Below, piece after piece: positions 8,847-16,486 of a stretch of DNA of 22,929 nucleotides. This DNA comes from Candidatus Micrarchaeota archaeon (GTDB lineage Archaea; Micrarchaeota; Micrarchaeia; Norongarragalinales; SBBD01): positions 1-22,929 of the forward strand of contig JBDRLB010000075.1 of assembly GCA_043813365.1 (NCBI GenBank), read 5' to 3'. Position 1 is the first letter of the stretch, and every line of letters begins with the position of its first letter. The notes under the pieces are model-generated. The model saw only the letters and a list, made by a program, of their open reading frames with translations. It did no database searches and had not been told where the DNA came from. Position numbers and translations under genes: made by a program.

Positions 8847-9707
8847 TCAATTCCTGAATTCGAGCAGCACTTCCTCGCGCAGCTGGCGTGCGAGGTCCGG
8901 ATTGCGGGAGACCAGCACGTTTACTGGTTCTGCTTTCTCATACATCAGCGAATAGAGGTTCGATAACGCCCTTCCGTTTTGCGACTCCCTCGCGTTGAAG
9001 ATCCTTGAGAGCGCATTCTTCGTGTTTTTTGGGAGGAATAGTTGAACCACGTAATCGCGGTAGCCGAGCATGTCGCAGTTTTTGGAGCATTCCGCCTTCA
9101 GTTTCGCCGTTGTGCCCGCACTTTTCCAGAGGGATATGAGCGTTTTATCAAGGGAGGAGTTGCCTTTGCATGCGATGAAATGCTTTCCGGCGGAGAGGAA
9201 TTTCCGCAGCTTGTCAAACTGGTATTTTGAGAGGTTGGTGATCGGCCAGGGATGATAGGAGATTATGAAAGCGCCCTCTTCCGCCCCGTTTTCCAGCTGG
9301 TTTGCTGCGAGCTCCTCAAGCAGCCAGTAAAAATATTCGATCATGGAATCGAAAACGAGCTGGACAGATGAATTCGGCCCGATTTCCGCAAGATGGATGC
9401 TTCTTTGGCCCTTGAAAGCGGAATCCAGCTCCTCCCCGAATTTTTTTATGGATTCGATCCAATCGGATGATATGGAGTATTTTGAATGCGTTTTTGTGAG
9501 GACGGCATCGCCCGCTAATTGGAGTATTGCCTTATGAACTCCCTGGTAGGTTATGCTTTCCCCCGCTTGTGCGTGGATGCGGTTGTAGATCTCCTTTGCT
9601 GACAATGGCCATTCCCGGCCCAAAACGGACAAGATCTGCGATTTCGCATCCTTCCTCAGATTGCTGGCATTCACATACGGTATGCGTTTTTGTTGCAGCA
9701 GCACCAT
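8847..9707 (-). CDS. Winged-helix transcriptional regulator with an unknown C-terminal domain
   Basis: ILSVLGREWPLSAKEIY...ITYQGVHKAILQL...VLTK...YSIS wHTH pattern; TTTATAAA about 35 nt upstream. Confidence 0.8.
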   Translation of the reverse strand: MVLLQQKRIPYVNASNLRKDAKSQILSVLGREWPLSAKEIYNRIHAQAGESITYQGVHKAILQLAGDAVLTKTHSKYSISSDWIESIKKFGEELDSAFKGQRSIHLAEIGPNSSVQLVFDSMIEYFYWLLEELAANQLENGAEEGAFIISYHPWPITNLSKYQFDKLRKFLSAGKHFIACKGNSSLDKTLISLWKSAGTTAKLKAECSKNCDMLGYRDYVVQLFLPKNTKNALSRIFNARESQNGRALSNLYSLMYEKAEPVNVLVSRNPDLARQLREEVLLEFRN

Positions 9708-9763
9708 TTACCCACGCTTAACGAAACTGATTAAAAAAATTTATAAACCCTGCAGAAACGCCA

Positions 9764-9852
9764 TCAACTTCCTGTTTACTTCAAATCAACCAAAAAATCA
9801 ACTGAAAGTTTACTTTATGCGCTATTATGCAAAAAAATAAACTAAAAGTTGA
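9764..9852. promoter_or_regulatory. Three copies of an imperfect palindrome TCAAC-N5-GTTTA
   Basis: 9764-9778 and 9798-9812 are direct copies sharing the flanks A...CTT; 9838-9852 is inverted (TAAAC-N5-GTTGA). Confidence 0.65.
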
Positions 9853-9899
9853 GAATATTTTTACCAAACCAATAAATGCTTAGGAAGGGGGAAACATTG

Positions 9900-9969
9900 G
9901 GCGGCGATCGCCGGCTGAAAGAATAAGCCTCCACGACCTTATTGCCGGCATCGGCGCCTTTCTTTTGTT
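9900..9969 (+). ncRNA. GC-rich extended hairpin followed by a U-rich tract (candidate sRNA or terminator)
   Basis: GGCG/CGCC, CGAT/ATCG, GCCGGC/GCCGGC and AATAAG/CTTATT stems; loop CCTCCACGAC; then TTTCTTTTGTT. Confidence 0.45.
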
Positions 9970-10103
9970 CACGCAAATTGACACCCAATCGCAGGCCATT
10001 TACGGCAAAAAGTTTAATTTATTAACCCCGCTAGCCTAATTTTTCGGCTTTTGTGCGTGCCGATTGCCGCAAACTTGCCTAACTGGCAAAAAGGTTGATT
10101 TGT

Positions 10104-13100
10104 ATGCAAGCGTATGACCAGCATGATATAGAAAAGCAGATGCTCGAATTCTGGGAAAAACAATCTATTCCCCAGAATATTGGAAAGCAGCGGCCTGGTG
10201 CAAAGCCGTTCTTTTTGCTGGACGGCCCGCCGTATGCGAATGCGCAGCCCCATGTGGGGCACGTGAAAACAACTGCCTGCAAGGACATCTGGAGCAAATA
10301 CAAGCAGATGCAGGGTTTTCGCTCCTATTTGCAAGCAGGTTTCGACTGCCACGGGCTACCAACTGAAGTTATGGTGGAGAAGGAGCTGGGCATACAGGAC
10401 AAGCGCGACATTGAGCTGATCGGAATAGACAAATTCGACGCGAAATGCCTTGAGAAAGTGCTCAACACCGAAAAGGGCTGGATGGAATATTACCGCAGGC
10501 TGGGCGCTTGGAGATTCTACTCGGAGCCGTATTTCACATACAAGGACTATTACATCGAAAGCGGTTGGTGGACCGTGAAGCAGCTGCATGAGAAAGGCCT
10601 GCTTACTGAAGGCGAGAAGCCGGTTTATTGGTGCCCGCATTGCGAAACAACCCTTTCCGGATATGAGGTCAGTGATTCCTACAAGGATATGCTGGACCCT
10701 TCAATATTCGTGAAATTCAAGGTGAAGGGGAGGGAGGACGAATACTTGCTTGTTTGGACGACGACTCCTTGGACGCTTGCCGCAAATGTTGCAGTCGTAG
10801 TGCATCCTGAGGAGGATTATGTGCGGGCAAAAGTGGGGAATGAAACCTACATCATTGCCGAGAAGAGGCTTGCCCCGATCCTGGATGAGAAACTCAAAGT
10901 GAAATACGAGGTGCTGGAAAAATTCAAGGGAGGGGAGCTGGATGGCATTGAATATGAACCGCTCCTTGACATTCCTTCGCAAAAGGAGCTCGGGCCAACC
11001 GGAAGGAAGGTGCACCTGAGCATCGTCATCATGACTTCGAAGAAATACAAGAAGCATAAATTGAGCCATAAAAAGGAGGAGCCTAAGGAGGGCGGAGTTA
11101 GTACCCCAATTCAGCCGGAAAAAATAATCGCCTCGCTTACGGGGAAGCAGAAAACTGATGTTGACAAGGTCACCGGCACGGAGGAAAGGGAGGAGTATGA
11201 GGAGTTTGTGAGCATGGCAGAAGGAACCGGATTGGTTCATTGCGCGCCGGGGCATGGGCAGACGGATTTCTTTGTCGGGAAATATTACGGCTTGCCCGCA
11301 GTATCGCCTGTGGATGAGGCAGGCAAATTCACGGAAAAAGCGGGCGAGTTCAGAGGCAAATTTGTCAAGGGTGCGGACGACGAGATCATTGCACGCCTTA
11401 AGGAAACAGGAAAATTGCTGTTTTCTGAAAAAGCGACGCATCGTGCAGCGCTCTGCTGGAGATGCAAGACTCCGCTGATTTTCAGGCTGAGCAAGCAATG
11501 GTACCTGAAAGTGGAGCCGATAAAGGAAAAGCTCATATCCGAGAACCAGAAGCATGTAAAATGGCTTCCCGAATATGGGAAAACGAAGTTCCACAATTGG
11601 CTGGTTGACAGGGAGGATTGGGCGATTTCGCAGCAGAGGTATTGGGGAATACCGCTCCCCATATGGATTTGCGGGAAATGCGGGAAATTCGACGTTATTG
11701 GGGGCCGGGAAGAGTTGAAGCAAAAGAGCCGTGCCCCGCTCAAGGATGAGGAGCTCCAGGACCTGCACAGGCACACGGTGGATAAGATAGAGCTTAAATG
11801 CGGGAATTGCTCCGGGACGATGGCGAGGGTGAAGGACATCCTGAACGTTTGGTTCGATTCCGGAATAGCGCCATGGGCCTCGTTCGGCTACCCGTATAAA
11901 AACAAGGAGCTTTTCGAGGGCATGTTCCCAGTTGATTTGATTAACGAATCGCAGGATCAGATACGCGGATGGTTCGATTCCCTCATGTTCACCTCCGTCG
12001 CAGCATTCGGGAAGGCGCCGTACAAAACAGTATCGATGATGGGCTGGGTGCTGGATGAGAAGGGCGAGAAGATGAGCAAATCGCTCGGGAATGTGGTGCC
12101 CGCAATGGACGGCATCCAGAAACTATCTGCCGATGTAATACGAATGTATTACTGCTATGAAATTGCCCCGTGGGATGTGCAGAAATTTTCCTATAAAACG
12201 GCGGAGGAGGTGCGGCGCGCATTCGCAATACTTTTCAACACATACTCCTTCTATAAGATGTATTCGGGCGATTCGCAGATAGGCGCTTATGAGGAAGCCG
12301 CCTTGAAAACGGAAGATAGATGGATATTGGGAAGGCTGAATATACTGAAAATGCGCATGAAGGAGAAAATGGATGCGTTTGAATTCCATTCAGCGGGAAG
12401 GCAGATGGTTTCGTTCCTTGTCAATGATTTTTCCAGGACGTACATCAAGCTAATAAGGGACCGGGTTTCATCTGCAGAAAATCCGCAGGATAAGGCAACG
12501 TGCCTTGCATTGATCCGGCACATCATCATGGAATATTCCAAAATGCTCGCACCCATATCGCCGTTCATTTCAGAATACCTTTACCAGCACTTGAAGGTGG
12601 CGTCGGATCCGGCAAGCGTGCATTATTGCGATTACCCCAAAATACAAGAGGGAAGCGTGGACCTTGAGCTTGATGCGCAATTTGGGACGATGATGAAAAT
12701 TTCAGAGGCGGTGAATTCGCTGAGGCAGGAGCTGAAGCAGAAGCTCCGTTGGCCAATTGAGGAACTGAGCGTCAGTGGCGACGGCCAAGTGGAAGCAGCT
12801 GTAAAATCAATCGGGGAAGTGATCGAGCTCATGACCAACTCGGAAAAAATAAATTTCGGCGATAATGTTTCGTACGCCTCGAAGGAATTTGAGAACGGGA
12901 AGGTTTTCATTCCGCGTGAACTATCGGAAGGTGCAATCCTGCGGGCCGCATTCCGGGAGCTTACCCGTGCCGTGCAGGCGGAGAGGAAGAAGAACGGGCT
13001 CGTTGTGAATGACCGGATCGGCCTTTCCGTTTATTCAAATGACCCCAAATTGCAGGAGTACCTCGGGAACATGAAGCAGGCGCTCGCTTCGGAAGTGGGG

Positions 13101-13220
13101 GCGTCCGGAGTTGAGATCAGCATGAAGGAAACTGACCCCCAAAGCGGGATATCCGCCTCGCTGGACCTGAAGGAGTTGAAGGATGGGATGAAAATAACCT
13201 TCAAATTTTCCAAAGCTTGA
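10104..13220 (+). CDS. ileS: Isoleucine--tRNA ligase (archaeal/eukaryal type)
   Basis: GPPYAN, HVGH, GFDCHGLP, WTTTPWT, GTGLVHCAPGHG, DQIRGWF and KMSKS; ATG 10104 after AAGGTTGA. Confidence 0.97.
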   Translation: MQAYDQHDIEKQMLEFWEKQSIPQNIGKQRPGAKPFFLLDGPPYANAQPHVGHVKTTACKDIWSKYKQMQGFRSYLQAGFDCHGLPTEVMVEKELGIQDKRDIELIGIDKFDAKCLEKVLNTEKGWMEYYRRLGAWRFYSEPYFTYKDYYIESGWWTVKQLHEKGLLTEGEKPVYWCPHCETTLSGYEVSDSYKDMLDPSIFVKFKVKGREDEYLLVWTTTPWTLAANVAVVVHPEEDYVRAKVGNETYIIAEKRLAPILDEKLKVKYEVLEKFKGGELDGIEYEPLLDIPSQKELGPTGRKVHLSIVIMTSKKYKKHKLSHKKEEPKEGGVSTPIQPEKIIASLTGKQKTDVDKVTGTEEREEYEEFVSMAEGTGLVHCAPGHGQTDFFVGKYYGLPAVSPVDEAGKFTEKAGEFRGKFVKGADDEIIARLKETGKLLFSEKATHRAALCWRCKTPLIFRLSKQWYLKVEPIKEKLISENQKHVKWLPEYGKTKFHNWLVDREDWAISQQRYWGIPLPIWICGKCGKFDVIGGREELKQKSRAPLKDEELQDLHRHTVDKIELKCGNCSGTMARVKDILNVWFDSGIAPWASFGYPYKNKELFEGMFPVDLINESQDQIRGWFDSLMFTSVAAFGKAPYKTVSMMGWVLDEKGEKMSKSLGNVVPAMDGIQKLSADVIRMYYCYEIAPWDVQKFSYKTAEEVRRAFAILFNTYSFYKMYSGDSQIGAYEEAALKTEDRWILGRLNILKMRMKEKMDAFEFHSAGRQMVSFLVNDFSRTYIKLIRDRVSSAENPQDKATCLALIRHIIMEYSKMLAPISPFISEYLYQHLKVASDPASVHYCDYPKIQEGSVDLELDAQFGTMMKISEAVNSLRQELKQKLRWPIEELSVSGDGQVEAAVKSIGEVIELMTNSEKINFGDNVSYASKEFENGKVFIPRELSEGAILRAAFRELTRAVQAERKKNGLVVNDRIGLSVYSNDPKLQEYLGNMKQALASEVGASGVEISMKETDPQSGISASLDLKELKDGMKITFKFSKA

Positions 13221-13224
13221 TTCT

Positions 13225-13797
13225 TCAAACAATCCCGAACATCATCAGGAACAGCAAACCCCAGCACAAGACTACGATCGCCAGCCATGCGGATTCGCTC
13301 CACATCTGCACCTTCTGCCCATCTAGGGGGTAAATGGGGATCATGTTGAACGCTCCCAGAAAAGCATTGATGTACGCACCGGTCCTCCCAAGCATCTCAT
13401 AGCCGTTGCCAGCATACGCAATGGAAAGGAAAACAAGCGCAAGCACAAAATTGACCGACGAACCCGCAATTGAAATCCTGCCATTCTGCTCCTGCGTCAA
13501 ATGCCTTCCGTAAATGACAACGGCCCCGGGAGCCGCGAAAATGAATTTGCCCTCGGTGACAATCGCGAGCCCGATTGCTATAAGCAAACCGATCCACCAT
13601 GCGCGGTAGATGGCATAGGCGCCATACGATTGCGCAACGAATTTGTGCCCCAGCTCATGGAGGATGAACCCCAAGCCGAGCGTGCAAAGTATCAGCCAGA
13701 ACCCAGCCTGCTCGTTGAAGAGGGAAAAAGTAATTGATATGGTTATGACTGAAATGAGTATGTGCAGCACTTCATCCATCTCGAATCTCATGGCCAT
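13225..13797 (-). CDS. Site-2 (M50) membrane zinc metalloprotease
   Basis: HELGH, FAAPGAV, ISIAG and FNMIPIYPLDG motifs within TM helices. Confidence 0.93.
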   Translation of the reverse strand: MAMRFEMDEVLHILISVITISITFSLFNEQAGFWLILCTLGLGFILHELGHKFVAQSYGAYAIYRAWWIGLLIAIGLAIVTEGKFIFAAPGAVVIYGRHLTQEQNGRISIAGSSVNFVLALVFLSIAYAGNGYEMLGRTGAYINAFLGAFNMIPIYPLDGQKVQMWSESAWLAIVVLCWGLLFLMMFGIV

Positions 13798-13849
13798 AGG
13801 GGTAAATCACGTGAAAACATGAATAAAAACCAAACGGATTCCGGGAAGC

Positions 13850-14257
13850 TCACATTTCGCTTTCAGTGAGCCTGATGGTTGCAGGTGAAAGGGTGCCCGC
13901 ATAGCCGATGATGACGCCCTCCCCGCGCTTCCCGTTCCAGAGCTTCACCCTGATTTTCTGCCCGGCCCTCCCTGCCTCGAGGGCGGTCACGATGAAATTG
14001 TCGACGTGGGTATGGAGCTGGTTGTTGTGCATCACTTCCCGCTTGAGAATTGCAACCATCTGGTCCTCCTTCCTGATGCCGCGCACATGCGGGGACACCC
14101 AACCGGCTACGAGCGAAATTGCAAGCACCAATGCAAACAGCTTCCAGAAGGAATCAACTGGCGGTGAGGAAGGTACGCCTATGATTGAAAAGCCATACCC
14201 TGCAAGCGTAACTACCAGCAGCAGGAAAAATACCTTCCCGGTCATCCGCAAATCCAC
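13850..14257 (-). CDS. Two-TM membrane protein with a C-terminal FlgA-C-like beta domain
   Basis: Two hydrophobic helices, then ALEAGRAGQKIRV. GTG 14257 lies 5 nt after the GGTGA at the serS stop (alternative ATG 14245). Confidence 0.7.
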   Translation of the reverse strand: MDLRMTGKVFFLLLVVTLAGYGFSIIGVPSSPPVDSFWKLFALVLAISLVAGWVSPHVRGIRKEDQMVAILKREVMHNNQLHTHVDNFIVTALEAGRAGQKIRVKLWNGKRGEGVIIGYAGTLSPATIRLTESEM

Positions 14258-14262
14258 ATGAT

Positions 14263-15525
14263 TCACCCTATCCTTTTTCTTCCCAGCAATTTTTGGAGCT
14301 TTGCGGGCACATCGATTGTTCCGTCCTCCCTCTGGCAATTCTCCAAAATCGCGACCAGCGTCCTTCCAATGGCAAGCCCGGAGGAATTGAGCGTATGGCA
14401 GAATTTGAACTGGTTGTCCTTGCCGCGGTACTTGATGTTTGCGCGCCTTGCCTGGAAATCAGTGCAGTTGCTGCAGCTTGCGACCTCGCGGTATTTCCCT
14501 TGGGCTGGAAGCCACACTTCCAAATCGTAAGTTTTTGCGGAGCCGAATCCCAGGTCGCCGGCGCACAATTCGATGACGCGGTAGGGAAGCTCCAATGCCT
14601 GAAGGACGGACTCGGCATCCTTCAGTAGCCTGAGATGCTGCTTTTCTGAATCATCCTGATGGCAAACCACTACCATTTCCACCTTGTCGAATTGGTGCTG
14701 CCTGATGATGCCACGCGTGTCCTTTCCATGCGAACCCGCCTCCCTACGGAAGCACGGTGTGAATGCGCAATATGATTTAGGGAGATCCTTGTATTCGAGA
14801 ATTTCATCCGCATGGAGGTTGACAAGCGGCACCTCCGAAGTAGGTATGGCGTAAAGGCCGTCCCTTTCAATTTTGTATAAGTCATCCCCGAATTTCGGCA
14901 GCTGGCCGGTGCCTATAAGCATTTCAGCCCGTACCAGCAGGGGCGGATTTATTTCCTCATGCCCGTTTTCCTTGGCATTCTGGAGCATGAAATTCATGAG
15001 CGCCCGCGATAATTCGGCGCCTGCACCTTTCAAAACAGTAAAACGCTCGCCTGAAAGCTTTGCCCCGGCAGCAAAGTCAAGGATCCCCAGCTTTTCCCCC
15101 AGCTCGTAGTGATCTTTAGGCGTAAATTTGAATTTGCGGGGAGTGTCGACCTTCCTGATTTCCTTGTTTCCCGCTTCATCCTTTCCCAGAGGGACGGAAT
15201 CCAGCGGGAGGTTTGGGATGAGAAGTTCCAATTGGCGCCGTTCCGCCTCTACCGACCTCAATTTTTCCTCAATTCCCTTGATTTTTTCCGGGATCCGCTT
15301 CGCTTCCTCCAGTTTCTGCTTCGCATCCTTTTTCCCTTTTATCAGCTCGTTGATTTCCCTTGAAATGGAATTCCGCTGCTTCCTCAGCTCCTCCATCTGT
15401 TGCAGTTCCCTGCGCCATTCTGCATCCTTTGCAATCAGTTCCTCCAGCGGGGATGGCATTCCACGCTTCTTCAATGCATTCCTCACAAATTCAGGATTTT
15501 CACGGATAAGCTTGATGTCCAGCAT
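14263..15525 (-). CDS. serS: Serine--tRNA ligase (standard type, bacterial-like signatures)
   Basis: MLDIKLIREN start, coiled-coil arm, TGQLPKF, IPTSEVPL, FRREAG, HQFDKVE, SCSNCTDFQARR and HTLNSSGLAIGR. Confidence 0.97.
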   Translation of the reverse strand: MLDIKLIRENPEFVRNALKKRGMPSPLEELIAKDAEWRRELQQMEELRKQRNSISREINELIKGKKDAKQKLEEAKRIPEKIKGIEEKLRSVEAERRQLELLIPNLPLDSVPLGKDEAGNKEIRKVDTPRKFKFTPKDHYELGEKLGILDFAAGAKLSGERFTVLKGAGAELSRALMNFMLQNAKENGHEEINPPLLVRAEMLIGTGQLPKFGDDLYKIERDGLYAIPTSEVPLVNLHADEILEYKDLPKSYCAFTPCFRREAGSHGKDTRGIIRQHQFDKVEMVVVCHQDDSEKQHLRLLKDAESVLQALELPYRVIELCAGDLGFGSAKTYDLEVWLPAQGKYREVASCSNCTDFQARRANIKYRGKDNQFKFCHTLNSSGLAIGRTLVAILENCQREDGTIDVPAKLQKLLGRKRIG

Positions 15526-15620
15526 AGGATTTCCCATTCCTATTGTCTGGAAGCATTAAAAAAGGATAACTTTAAGGCAGTTAAAAAATCGGGAATTCAA
15601 TCAAAACGTATTTAAGCTGG

Positions 15621-16124
15621 ATGAGCGAATCCCTTTCCATGCACCATTTGGAAAAGCCGAAGGAGGAGAAGAAAGCGTACACCCCAGATGAGCTCGACCG
15701 CAGGATTATCGACGAGCTTCTGGAAAACGCAAGGGATTCCTCCAGGGAAATCGCAAAACGCCTGGGAATTTCTACGTCTACGATGATCCAGCGGCTGACA
15801 AGGCTCGAAAAGGAAGGGATAGTCAAGGGGTATTCCCCGAACCTGGATTTCACCAAGCTGGGATATGAGTTCATGGGGCTGATTGAAATCAGGATAAGGA
15901 AGGGCGCACTGCTTGAGATACAGAGGAAAATTGCGGCAATGCAGGGCGTCTCTGCGGTATATGACCTTACCGGCGAGTCGGATTCGGTGGTGCTCGTGAA
16001 ATGCAAGAGCCGGATGGAACTTAGCAAACTAGTAAAAGCAATCCTCGCAATACCGGAAGTGGAACGTACCATCACACACGTCATCCTGAATGTGGTGAAG
16101 GAGGAGTATAGGCAATTTGTCTGA
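15621..16124 (+). CDS. Lrp/AsnC family transcriptional regulator
   Basis: DELDRRII..L..NAR.S.REIAKRLGIS HTH, LEKEGIVKGY, and YDLTGESD RAM domain; divergent from serS. Confidence 0.95.
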   Translation: MSESLSMHHLEKPKEEKKAYTPDELDRRIIDELLENARDSSREIAKRLGISTSTMIQRLTRLEKEGIVKGYSPNLDFTKLGYEFMGLIEIRIRKGALLEIQRKIAAMQGVSAVYDLTGESDSVVLVKCKSRMELSKLVKAILAIPEVERTITHVILNVVKEEYRQFV

Positions 16125-16125
16125 A

Positions 16126-16486
16126 TTAATGCATTACTTTCATCCGAGCTAATTTGAAAACCACCTCGAGCTGATGGGGATTGGCAGAAGTTTTTAAATT
16201 TACTTCCCGATCAATAAAACATGTGCTCTTGGATCCAGCACCCAAAAAACGGTCCGAAGCCATTTTTGCCTTCAATCTAGCCATGAAATCATTGATGGGC
16301 TTTCCCGCATCCTTCTTGATCAAATCTTGGAACTCGTCGGGACCTAATTTTGGCAATTTGTTGCCAACATAAGTGATAGTAATGCTGGCAATTTTTCCCC
16401 CCTGGCATCCAATCTTTTGGTTCCTCCAAAAAATAACCATCCACCCTAAATTTTTTCTCATCCAATGCACATACTAACTTTTCCAT
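16126..16486 (-). pseudogene. Hypothetical ~119-aa protein interrupted by one extra base in a G6A5 run (pseudogene, phase variant or assembly error)
   Basis: ATG overlaps the proS stop (TGATG) and reads MEKLVCALDEKKFRVDGYFLEEPKDWMPGG, then continues in the +1 frame as KIASITITYVG...KVMH. The span is 361 nt (3n+1). Confidence 0.65.

Noticed and set aside
9764..9852. CRISPR mini-array
   Set aside because: Repeats are only 15-19 bp with variable centres, one is inverted, spacers are too short, and there are no cas genes.
9880..10103. T-box riboswitch upstream of ileS
   Set aside because: No AATTAGGGTGG-type T-box consensus or antiterminator is visible, and T-boxes are a bacterial feature.
11022..11204. 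Possible mini-intein in IleRS
   Set aside because: Too short, and lacks the His-Asn followed by Cys/Ser/Thr splice junction.
10701..11774. 357-aa antisense ORF within ileS, and similar long antisense ORFs such as 6796..7491, 16535..17293 and 15581..16084
   Set aside because: Shadow frames of well-supported genes, with no motifs and atypical composition.
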